Below, in pieces: positions 16,900 through 25,122 of a stretch of 29,190 bases of DNA. A program made the translations under genes and the position numbers. The first letter of the stretch is position 1. Each line of letters opens with the position of its first letter. Under the pieces are notes generated by a model. That model was not told the DNA's origin. It saw only the letters and a list, made by a program, of their open reading frames with translations, and made no database searches. The stretch lies in the IMG/VR virus record IMGVR_UViG_3300006076_000017, positions 1-29,190 of that record; one strand, 5' to 3'. Origin of the DNA: a virus (taxonomy: Duplodnaviria > Caudoviricetes).

Positions 16900-18279
16900 T
16901 TACATTTGACCATATAATTGGTTCATAAATGGTTGACCAAAACCTTGTCCGAAGCCTTGATTCATATTCGGATTAGGATTCATAGTAGGTTGTTGATAGT
17001 TAAATCCTGTTGGTTGTGGTTGTTGATAACCAATTCCTATTGGTTGTGGTTGATTATACATATTATTCATTATGGGTTGTTGTATGCCTGGATTATATCC
17101 ACCAACATTCATCATAGGTTGCTGATATTGAGGTTGTGGTGATGTTTGCTGCGCAAATGCTTGTTGTAAAGTTGGTTGCAATGTTGGTTGATTAGCTCCT
17201 ATGTTTTGTAAAATTTTATTAATAGGATCTTCATCATCTACTGTTTGTTCTTGTTGTGTAGTTGGAATAGCTTGCTGAGAATTGTTAATGGTATTTGTCT
17301 CTACAGTTTGTTGAATTTGTGCTTGAAGTTCTAATTCATTTTCTGTTGGTATTTCTTTAACTTCTGCCTTTACAGCTTCTAAAAATACTCCTAAGTCTTC
17401 TATCTTAATAGGTAGATCTTTAAGTCTAGCTTCTTCTAGATAATCTACATCATATTTTTCTTCTTTAAGAATGTCTATAATGTTGTTTATATGGTCTTTA
17501 ATAAATTCATAAGCCATAAGAAGTGATTCCATAGCCGGAGATATTAAATTTTCGCTACCAATACTATATCCATATTTTAATGTTTCAACATCTAACTCAA
17601 ACGTATACTGATGAAACACCTGATAAGCAGATTTATCTTTATTTCTAATTTTTACATTATAGAAGGTTTCTTTTTTAGGATTAATAGCGGATAGTTTTTC
17701 ATATACTGGAAAAGTAATTGTGCAAGTCCTGTTATATTTTTTATCTCCTATTCTACCACCTCTTTTTAGTACTGTATGCATATATTGTTCATTAGTAGGC
17801 CTTTTCACTATAGCCTTATAAATTTCTACCCAGTTTTTAACAGTATTTTCATCTACAATATGTTTAATACCTGGAGCTTTATATTTATTAAGTTCTTGGA
17901 TAAAATTAATGAGTTCTGGATTTTCTATTTCACCTAGATTTGCTGATAATAGACTAAATAGTACTTCACCCACAATTGCAAAACTATGATTTACTTTTCT
18001 CTCTAAAATATCTTTGAATTTTAAGAGAGTTTTATTTTCACCTCTAGTAGCTGTTTCTTTTAATGGATTAAATATTACCATTGTTAACTCAGGTTTACCA
18101 TTTACAATTTCTACACTATTTTTAATATTATCATAAGTAGGTAAGACAAGAGGCTTACCATCTAATGTGATAGGTAATTTAGCTTTACTGCTTCTGATAA
18201 ATAATCTGCCTTGCTCATCTGTTTCTATATCAAATACTTTTAATAAGTCTTTATAGAAATCTACTAAATTTAGTGTCAT
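16900..18279 (-). CDS. Conserved core protein (phiKZ gp70-like) with a long Q/N/P/G low-complexity C-terminal tail
   Basis: Position between PicA-like and nvRNAP beta genes; motifs 'FYKDLL', 'GKPLVLPT', 'FNPLKE...RGE', 'LKRGG....KY.R...I.FP', 'YSIGS....P'; SD AAGGAG. Confidence 0.7.
   Translation of the reverse strand: MTLNLVDFYKDLLKVFDIETDEQGRLFIRSSKAKLPITLDGKPLVLPTYDNIKNSVEIVNGKPELTMVIFNPLKETATRGENKTLLKFKDILERKVNHSFAIVGEVLFSLLSANLGEIENPELINFIQELNKYKAPGIKHIVDENTVKNWVEIYKAIVKRPTNEQYMHTVLKRGGRIGDKKYNRTCTITFPVYEKLSAINPKKETFYNVKIRNKDKSAYQVFHQYTFELDVETLKYGYSIGSENLISPAMESLLMAYEFIKDHINNIIDILKEEKYDVDYLEEARLKDLPIKIEDLGVFLEAVKAEVKEIPTENELELQAQIQQTVETNTINNSQQAIPTTQQEQTVDDEDPINKILQNIGANQPTLQPTLQQAFAQQTSPQPQYQQPMMNVGGYNPGIQQPIMNNMYNQPQPIGIGYQQPQPTGFNYQQPTMNPNPNMNQGFGQGFGQPFMNQLYGQM
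16903..17214 (-). repeat. Degenerate roughly 10-aa coding repeat (YQQP / QPQP / GFGQ)
   Basis: YQQP three times, YNQP, QPTL twice, GFGQ twice; DNA repeats such as TTGGTTGTGGTTG near 17010 and 17040. Confidence 0.8.
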
Positions 18280-18299
18280 TGTTAATCTCCTTTCATTTA

Positions 18300-19775
18300 T
18301 TAAATTAATTGTACTATATCAGTGATTTCTTTAAATTTGACTACATTTTGTTCAAATCTAGGTTTAGTTTCGATTAATGGATTAAACACGGAATCTGCAA
18401 AAGTAGGAATTCTAAATACTGTTTCAGGATTACCATTATAAGATACTGCAATAACAGTATCTCCTGTTAAATCAGAATCTACCATTAAATTAATAGACAT
18501 TTGATTAGAAATTGTAATCACTGGAGCTACATAAGACTCAAATTCTATTCTAAGTTTTTCTGCATAACCAGTTATATTAATACCATCAATAATTGTTCTA
18601 GCATCTAAAATACCTGTAACAAATTCTCCTGTTAAATTACTAAAAGTAAGAGTAATTTTAGACAACAAATTATTAGATAATAGTGAAGTAATTGCTTCAC
18701 TAATTAATACAGCCATTCTTGCTTCTAAAGTAGGTCTATAAAAATCTTCACTATCAGTACCAAATTGCTGTACTACTGGATTGTTAAGAATAGTAGCTTC
18801 TTTATAAGCAATTATCTTAGTTACATTATCCACATTAGGATCTATTTGTTTAAGATCTCTGAATGTAAATACATTCGTATCTTGATAACCATATAAAGCT
18901 GAAATCATTTTCCAAAAATTATTTTTACTTCTGTTAGACCCACCTGCGTGTTGTTTTACTACAGAAACAGCATTATCAATTGTATCTACTCCATCCCAAC
19001 TAATTTGCGAGATAGATTTAGATTTTAATAATCCAGTTAAAGTATCTGCTACAATTCTAGATGGAATATTATAACCCTTAGCAGAATCTACTGGTTGTAT
19101 CAATACTCCGGATGGAGTAACTTCACCTACAGCTAAATCCATACTATAAAGACTAGACATAGTAGCTAGCATATCTTCTGGTCTTAAAGTAACTAGATTA
19201 GCCATAGTTAAACTAGGATGTCCATAATGTTGATTCGTAACATCATAAATTTCAACATTTCCATCAGGTAGATGAATGATATTATAATGCGCTATTGGTG
19301 TAGCTACCAACATTCCTGTATTCATATCTAGATATCTTCTTAACTCTACAACAGAATTTGCATAAAATCTCATGTTTTCATCTATAGCTCCTGTATTATA
19401 AGAAGCACCAGGATATTCAGTATAACCTTGAATAATAGTGACTTTTTCATTATTATTATACCCTCGCTCTACAACTTCTAATAGAAATCTAAATCTTTTC
19501 TCTCCCCAACCATAAGGAATATTTACTTTCCCTATTACACCAGAAGATGGAAGAATTAGATCAGGAACTTCGTTAGCAATCTCAGTAGGTTTTACATTAC
19601 TACTTCCTAATCTTCTAGTTTTATCTACAATATGTTCAATTTTACTAATTTGTTCATTATCAGCATTCACTTCGAAAGATCTAATAAATTGATCTTTATA
19701 ACCTCCTGTTTCCACCAGAACTAATTTATTAATTCTAACGTCATTGTGGTTATGTTGTGTTATTGCTGGTTGCAT
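18300..19775 (-). CDS. picA: Phage-nucleus protein import factor PicA/Imp1-like (phiKZ gp69-like)
   Basis: 491 aa directly downstream of the gp68-like gene; motifs 'ETGGY..Q..RSF', 'IPYGW...RFRFLLEV', 'GYTEYPG.S...GAID..MRFY.NS', 'LRPED', 'PTFADS...P' recalled from this family. Confidence 0.72.
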   Translation of the reverse strand: MQPAITQHNHNDVRINKLVLVETGGYKDQFIRSFEVNADNEQISKIEHIVDKTRRLGSSNVKPTEIANEVPDLILPSSGVIGKVNIPYGWGEKRFRFLLEVVERGYNNNEKVTIIQGYTEYPGASYNTGAIDENMRFYANSVVELRRYLDMNTGMLVATPIAHYNIIHLPDGNVEIYDVTNQHYGHPSLTMANLVTLRPEDMLATMSSLYSMDLAVGEVTPSGVLIQPVDSAKGYNIPSRIVADTLTGLLKSKSISQISWDGVDTIDNAVSVVKQHAGGSNRSKNNFWKMISALYGYQDTNVFTFRDLKQIDPNVDNVTKIIAYKEATILNNPVVQQFGTDSEDFYRPTLEARMAVLISEAITSLLSNNLLSKITLTFSNLTGEFVTGILDARTIIDGINITGYAEKLRIEFESYVAPVITISNQMSINLMVDSDLTGDTVIAVSYNGNPETVFRIPTFADSVFNPLIETKPRFEQNVVKFKEITDIVQLI

Positions 19776-19819
19776 TGTTTACTCCTTTTTAGTGGTTTAA
19801 GTTGCTTTTTAATAATATA
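19776..19819 (-). promoter_or_regulatory. Putative early promoter plus leader for picA
   Basis: Minus strand TATATTATTAAAA-AGCAACTT-AAACCACTAAAAAGGAGTAAACA-ATG. Confidence 0.68.
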
Positions 19820-19822
19820 TAT

Positions 19823-21403
19823 CTAACTATTGTTAGATTTACTTTCTAATTCTTTATGTAAAGAAATTTCTAATGTTACAAAGAACTTAGCTAGTATGTT
19901 TTTAATCTCTGGATCTATTTCTACAATTCTATCCGGATTTATTCCTAAATTTTCTAACAACTTACTATCTAAAGCTGTTACTAAATTCATTCTACTTAGT
20001 TCTACAGCAAATTGATCTAAATACTCTTTAAGATAATTTTGATAACTCACATTACCAGAAGATTTCAATCCTCTTTGTAAAAATAACTCATCTAGTCTTT
20101 CCTTTAAATCTTTATTTAATTTACTCCTTACAGATACATTTAATCTATGTATATCTTCTTTTACTTTAAAAGAGGTAATTATTTTAGCTAGATACGGAAA
20201 ACCATTTTCTATTAACCATACAGCAGATACAGCTATTCCGTTTTTTACACCCTCTATGTTTATATAATCAATAGCTCTAACATCTATTACATTTTTAAGA
20301 ATAATAGCTGCTAGTTTAATATTAATCAATGGTATCTCTCCTAATCCACTGTTATCTAACATACTTCTAATATCATAAACTAACTGTCTATTTTGAATAT
20401 TTTTACCATAAATCAAATGTTCAATGTTGTTATACACGAATAGGAATTCTTGATTATATCCTACTGTAATATCAGTAGGTACTCTATAAGATTCTAATAC
20501 AGATTCAGATTCATTATCAGAATCTATAAAAGTCTGTTTCTTTAATCTAATTGTAGAATTAGACATATCTTTAAGTTTAATTTTAGATTTTACAAAATTA
20601 TAAAGGATATTAATTAAGTTTTTATCATTATTTTCCATAGTATCCTTAATTTCAGAATGAATTAAAAATCTTTGAAATAGTACACTACCTAGTACAAATT
20701 CTGGTAAATCGGATCTACTAATAATTTTCTCAATTACTCTAATACTAGATTCTTCTTCATTTAGTAGACTTATATCTACTAACTTGTTAATATAATCTAA
20801 TAGTTTTCTAAATGGTCTACTTTGATAAATAGGATGTGTTGAATAAAAGTTTAATAATATAAACTCTTTATAAGCATCTGGAATTAGAGATGCTTTTACT
20901 GCAGCAAATTGTCCTATAGGTCCTAAAGTAGCTTTTAAAATTGTGAGTAAAGCTACTAGTTCTAGATAATCTGTTTTAAGATAAGTTTGTTCTCTAGATC
21001 CTTCATCATTGATAATTATTTTTTCATCAAACTCATCTGCTAATACATTAGGAGCTTTAATTATTTTGGATTGTGTGATGAAATTATAAACATCATCTAT
21101 ATCAAATAGATCTAATATTATATGTGTAATTTCTAACGGTAACGGATCTAATGTAGGCTGTAAAATGTTCTCCATAATTATTTCATTAGCTTGTTTGATT
21201 CTTTCGAATAATTCTTTCTTAAACTCCTTACCTTTAAAATCTACATATGCGTTAAGAACTGTAAATATATACTTAGGATCTAAATCGATCCTAAGTCTTC
21301 TATTTATTAAACTTTCTATTTGGAATTCTATACTTTCACCATCATCACTATTAACTACTACTTTAGTATTAGACAATACATCTTTCAATTGGAACATTTC
21401 CAT
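19823..21403 (-). CDS. nvRNAP promoter-specificity (sigma-like) subunit, phiKZ gp68-like
   Basis: 526 aa, predominantly helical; 'REQTYLKTDYLELVAL...K...GP.G.F' and 'ESVLESYR' motifs; synteny between gp67- and gp69-like genes; SD AAGGAGGT. Confidence 0.72.
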   Translation of the reverse strand: MEMFQLKDVLSNTKVVVNSDDGESIEFQIESLINRRLRIDLDPKYIFTVLNAYVDFKGKEFKKELFERIKQANEIIMENILQPTLDPLPLEITHIILDLFDIDDVYNFITQSKIIKAPNVLADEFDEKIIINDEGSREQTYLKTDYLELVALLTILKATLGPIGQFAAVKASLIPDAYKEFILLNFYSTHPIYQSRPFRKLLDYINKLVDISLLNEEESSIRVIEKIISRSDLPEFVLGSVLFQRFLIHSEIKDTMENNDKNLINILYNFVKSKIKLKDMSNSTIRLKKQTFIDSDNESESVLESYRVPTDITVGYNQEFLFVYNNIEHLIYGKNIQNRQLVYDIRSMLDNSGLGEIPLINIKLAAIILKNVIDVRAIDYINIEGVKNGIAVSAVWLIENGFPYLAKIITSFKVKEDIHRLNVSVRSKLNKDLKERLDELFLQRGLKSSGNVSYQNYLKEYLDQFAVELSRMNLVTALDSKLLENLGINPDRIVEIDPEIKNILAKFFVTLEISLHKELESKSNNS

Positions 21404-21422
21404 TGGTACCTCCTTTTAATGG

Positions 21423-22052
21423 TTAAAATACTAATTCATCGCCTGTTGTTGTTTTTACATCTGACGATTTTTTATTTTTAGATTGTTGTTCATCATCTTC
21501 AAGTACTTCTGGTAAATTAGATAATACATCTACTAAGGTTCTATAATACGCATCAGTCCACATCATAGATGCCATTTCTTCACTTACCTTTTTACCATTA
21601 ACTATAATTTCCAAATATGGAGAAGGTAATAATTTAAATACAAACTTTTTATCTTCTCCGGCTATATTTATACTAACACCTATAAAGTTTATGATTCCTT
21701 CTTCTAACTTTTTTCTACCTACAAATATTCTACCAGCTAAAACTCTTTCATCTGTCATTTTGTTATCTTCCCAAATAGGTTTATAAACATTTAAACCAGC
21801 AACATAACCTTCTTCTTTGGTATTTAATTTACTTAACTCATTAACAATAATGTTTAATCCTGTTCTATTTATAGGTATACTACCAACAAATTGATTTACT
21901 TTTAACTCTGCTAAATTATCAGGATTTCTTTCAGTATAGAAAATGTGTAATCTTAAAAAGTTTTTATAACCGCTAAATTTTAATCTATACTCCTTATTAC
22001 CGTTTTTTGTCATTAACGACAATTTCCCTAACATATTATCTTTAATTCCCAT
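21423..22052 (-). CDS. chmC: ChmC-like nucleus-associated RNA/ssNA-binding protein (phiKZ gp67/Imp6-like, Whirly/PC4-type fold)
   Basis: 209 aa with two beta-beta-beta-alpha repeats and an acidic disordered tail ending GDELVF; immediately upstream of the gp68-like gene. Confidence 0.6.
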   Translation of the reverse strand: MGIKDNMLGKLSLMTKNGNKEYRLKFSGYKNFLRLHIFYTERNPDNLAELKVNQFVGSIPINRTGLNIIVNELSKLNTKEEGYVAGLNVYKPIWEDNKMTDERVLAGRIFVGRKKLEEGIINFIGVSINIAGEDKKFVFKLLPSPYLEIIVNGKKVSEEMASMMWTDAYYRTLVDVLSNLPEVLEDDEQQSKNKKSSDVKTTTGDELVF

Positions 22053-22096
22053 TTAATTCTCCTTTTACTAAATTTGTTACTCGTTTAAATAATATA
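22053..22096 (-). promoter_or_regulatory. Putative early promoter plus leader for chmC and the gp68-like gene
   Basis: Minus strand TATATTATTTAAA-CGAGTAAC-AAATTTAGTAAAAGGAGAATTAA-ATG. Confidence 0.62.
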
Positions 22097-22114
22097 TACC
22101 AAAAAATAGTTTAA

Positions 22115-22144
22115 ATTACCTAGGTGAAGAACCACCTAGGTAAT
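22115..22144 (-). terminator. Intrinsic terminator
   Basis: ATTACCTAGGTG-aagaac-CACCTAGGTAAT (12 bp) overlapping the last codons of the 280-aa gene; T6 run downstream on the minus strand. Confidence 0.78.
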
Positions 22145-22962
22145 AATTTAACATAATTCTCATATATATCTTTAGCTTCTCTTTTGATGTCCTCTTTAAC
22201 TTTCACCCTACTGGTATTAAAATTCCATTTATTCTTCTCAGCTATTTTGTATAATTTATTTCTAGTTTTTAAATCTAAAGGTCTAATATAATATTTATCT
22301 CCTAATAAGAAATAGAGAATATCGTTAAATGGAAAAACAGACATATCCCTCTTTCCAATTGGATGGTACTTAGTATACCATTTTTTATAATCTTTTATTT
22401 CACCAGTAAATGATTCTAATAATATTATATTCTTTTTATAAGAATAATTTAATAATTCGACGGTAGAATGTGTAGTGATAGCCCATTTTTCATTATCAGG
22501 AATTATCGGAAATTTAAAAGATGTTTTCTGAACATTTATCTCGCCTTCTCTATATAACATATCTTTAATTTCTAAGATACCTAAAGCTCTAATGTAATCT
22601 ACTCCAGAAAATTCATCTAGAGATTTAAAGTTAGGAATCTTTTTACTAATCTCTCGATAGTTGACATCATAAAAGATTAAGTTGGTTTTACTATCTGCAA
22701 AAGTATTTATAAAAACATCTAATGTTAGTCTAACTTCTTTAAATACTTTTTTAAGAAAAGCTAAGTTTTTAAACTTTATAGCTTTCTCATTCTTTTTACC
22801 TGGGACGCAATCTAGAGCATTTCTTATAATAGTATCGATATTTACAAAATAAACATCTAATTCGTTTTGGAGATTATTATTTAAAATAGTCTCTAAGATT
22901 ACACCAGAAGCTAACTCTGTTCCTACCATACTAATACAATCTGTTTTATATATCCTTTGCAT
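22120..22962 (-). CDS. Conserved core protein (phiKZ gp66-like), possible PIN/5'-3' exonuclease-like fold
   Basis: 'SMVGTELA', 'YFVNIDTIIRN', 'ITTH...ELL', 'LLESFTG', 'WYTKY', 'PFN..L..LLGD'; synteny after SbcD. The fold is inferred. Confidence 0.55.
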   Translation of the reverse strand: MQRIYKTDCISMVGTELASGVILETILNNNLQNELDVYFVNIDTIIRNALDCVPGKKNEKAIKFKNLAFLKKVFKEVRLTLDVFINTFADSKTNLIFYDVNYREISKKIPNFKSLDEFSGVDYIRALGILEIKDMLYREGEINVQKTSFKFPIIPDNEKWAITTHSTVELLNYSYKKNIILLESFTGEIKDYKKWYTKYHPIGKRDMSVFPFNDILYFLLGDKYYIRPLDLKTRNKLYKIAEKNKWNFNTSRVKVKEDIKREAKDIYENYVKLLPRWFFT

Positions 22963-22995
22963 TTTTAATCCTTATTAAAAACTAAAAAATAAATA

Positions 22996-23020
22996 AGAGG
23001 GATTTAAAATACTTCCCTCT
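22996..23020 (-). terminator. Intrinsic terminator-like hairpin
   Basis: AGAGGGA-11 nt-TCCCTCT, followed by TATTTATTTTTT on the minus strand. Confidence 0.55.
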
Positions 23021-23027
23021 ATTATTT

Positions 23028-23474
23028 TTAAACTAACATAGTCTTATTTAATTCCTCACCTGTTTTTAATAATTTAGACTCTACCTTTTTAGATTTTTTC
23101 AACTCATAGAGTGTTACAATTTTATATTTAGGAATATCCACATATTCAAAATCATGACCTCCTATTGCTAGATAATCTTTACTACAAATATTTTCCATTA
23201 AATACTTGATAAATAACTCTTCTCTTTTTTTAGTCTCTAAAGAAGTAAGATTTAATACAAGTAAATTAAACCAACCTTTTTTAATCAATTCTCTAGTTAG
23301 AAAATCAAATACTTCGTAAGCTTTATCTGATTCAGGAAACAGAATCTCAATTTTATACTCATCTTTAATCATAGCTAAACTATTAATAAATATATTTAAT
23401 GTAGAATTATTAATAATCATTTTCTCAAAATCACCTTTAAAAAATGTTGTTCCGTCTACTAAAATAACTTTCAT
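23028..23474 (-). CDS. Hypothetical alpha/beta protein, possibly degenerate HAD-like
   Basis: 148 aa; N-terminal 'KVILVDGT' resembles HAD motif I but lacks the first Asp; SD AAGGAG. Confidence 0.6.
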   Translation of the reverse strand: MKVILVDGTTFFKGDFEKMIINNSTLNIFINSLAMIKDEYKIEILFPESDKAYEVFDFLTRELIKKGWFNLLVLNLTSLETKKREELFIKYLMENICSKDYLAIGGHDFEYVDIPKYKIVTLYELKKSKKVESKLLKTGEELNKTMLV

Positions 23475-23526
23475 GATTGTCTCCTTTTTTCGTAGTTTGT
23501 TTTTGTTACTGCGTTTTAATAATATA
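23475..23526 (-). promoter_or_regulatory. Putative early promoter plus leader
   Basis: Minus strand TATATTATTAAAA-CGCAGTAAC-AAAAACAAACTACGAAAAAAGGAGACAATC-ATG. Confidence 0.65.
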
Positions 23527-23527
23527 A

Positions 23528-24637
23528 TTATAAAATATTTTCCAATTCCTCCATTATAACATCTAAAGGCAGATCAGTATACGATTGATAATGCTTTTCT
23601 ATAAAGTTGATTATCTCATTTTTATCTAACTTTATATTAACAGAAATTTCAGATTTATCTAAAAGCTCAGATTGTGTTAGCTCTTTCTTATTACTAATAG
23701 TAAACCTAATATTATCAAATTTATCTCTAAACTCTAACAATGTCTCATTCTTTATATCACCTATTAGTCTAACAAATATTAATCTATCAGTTTTAGAATT
23801 TAATTTTTCTAATTCTGTCTTTACTTCGTCTATCGAGTTACTAGATAAATCAAAAGACTTAAATATAGCAGCTCTCTCATTTAACAATACTTTATAATCA
23901 AAACCTTTATTCTTTTTTAAAGTTACTAATAGACCACCTTTCTCATCATTTTCATCGGCAAATGTTAATCTATCAAAACTACCTGGAACTAATATATTTT
24001 TATAATTACTACGATTATGAACATGACCACAATTTACTGTATAATTAGCTAAATCTGAATATACATCTTGATCATGAAACGCATCAGATTGAATGTTAGG
24101 TATTTGATATTTAAATGCTCCATGCATAGCTATTATATCTACTTTATCTAAATTGTACTCTTTTAATTTCCTTTTAACTTCTTTTAAAACTTCATCAGCT
24201 GTAGGTCTATATTCATCAGGAATATAAAGAATTGATATTCCTAAATCTTCCATTATCTCAATATCTAAAGTATCGTAATACTTATAATCTATTTCATTAT
24301 TTATACCTAATGACTTAATTATTTCTGTTAATTGTTTAACTTGTTTTCTATCATGGCTAGGAGTACCTTCCAATATCCTTAACTTAATATTATTATTTTT
24401 ACAGAATAATAATAACTCAGATAACCATCCGTATGCTAGAATACTATCCAAGCTAGCATTAGATAATAATCTATCAAATACATCTCCAAACACAAATATA
24501 ATATCAACTGTTAAAATATCATCTTTATTCTTTCTAAAAAAGTACCTAAGATTATTTACTGTATATTCTGTTTTAACTTTGTTATGTCCCAAATGAATAT
24601 CGGCTAATCCTAAGTACCTTATTTGATTTTTATTCAT
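23528..24637 (-). CDS. sbcD: SbcD/Mre11-family metallophosphoesterase nuclease (phiKZ gp65-like)
   Basis: All calcineurin-like motifs: 'LADIHLG', 'FGDVFD', 'EGTPSHD', 'MHGAF', 'GHVH', 'PGSFDRL'. Confidence 0.9.
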   Translation of the reverse strand: MNKNQIRYLGLADIHLGHNKVKTEYTVNNLRYFFRKNKDDILTVDIIFVFGDVFDRLLSNASLDSILAYGWLSELLLFCKNNNIKLRILEGTPSHDRKQVKQLTEIIKSLGINNEIDYKYYDTLDIEIMEDLGISILYIPDEYRPTADEVLKEVKRKLKEYNLDKVDIIAMHGAFKYQIPNIQSDAFHDQDVYSDLANYTVNCGHVHNRSNYKNILVPGSFDRLTFADENDEKGGLLVTLKKNKGFDYKVLLNERAAIFKSFDLSSNSIDEVKTELEKLNSKTDRLIFVRLIGDIKNETLLEFRDKFDNIRFTISNKKELTQSELLDKSEISVNIKLDKNEIINFIEKHYQSYTDLPLDVIMEELENIL

Positions 24638-24688
24638 TTTCTATATCCTTTGTTAAAGTGATAAAAATAGTTTTATAAAGGAGAATAA

Positions 24689-25111
24689 ATGGCTACACCT
24701 GCTTTATTTACATTAACACAAAACGGAGTATTAACTCCAGGTAAAGCATTAATGAGTAGATTGTTAATTTATTTTATTACTTCTGAATATTCTCAATCTG
24801 TAATCTATCACGGTAAGATCAGTAGCTTAAAATATTTATTAATGCAATATGGAAACGATGATCAAAAATTAATTACAGAAATAAATTACGCATTATCAGA
24901 ATTATATAAAAGATACTTCGATACAGTAGACATAAAAGCAGATGTATTAAAGTATAATGATAGCAAATATCCTAAAAAAATCCAAAGAGTATTAACCATT
25001 AGCATAGAAGCTACATATAATGGAAATTTATATACGATAAATGAAGATTTGGATATTACAAATAATATTATTTCAGACACAGACATTATTTTGGAAAATA
25101 CTATAAAATAA
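24689..25111 (+). CDS. Conserved phiKZ-family protein, possible T4 gp25-like baseplate/sheath initiator fold
   Basis: 140 aa divergent from sbcD; 'F.TSEYSQS..Y.G.ISSL.YL...YG' followed by a helix and three beta strands; SD AAGGAG. The fold is inferred. Confidence 0.5.
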   Translation: MATPALFTLTQNGVLTPGKALMSRLLIYFITSEYSQSVIYHGKISSLKYLLMQYGNDDQKLITEINYALSELYKRYFDTVDIKADVLKYNDSKYPKKIQRVLTISIEATYNGNLYTINEDLDITNNIISDTDIILENTIK

Positions 25112-25122
25112 GGAGATAAAAA

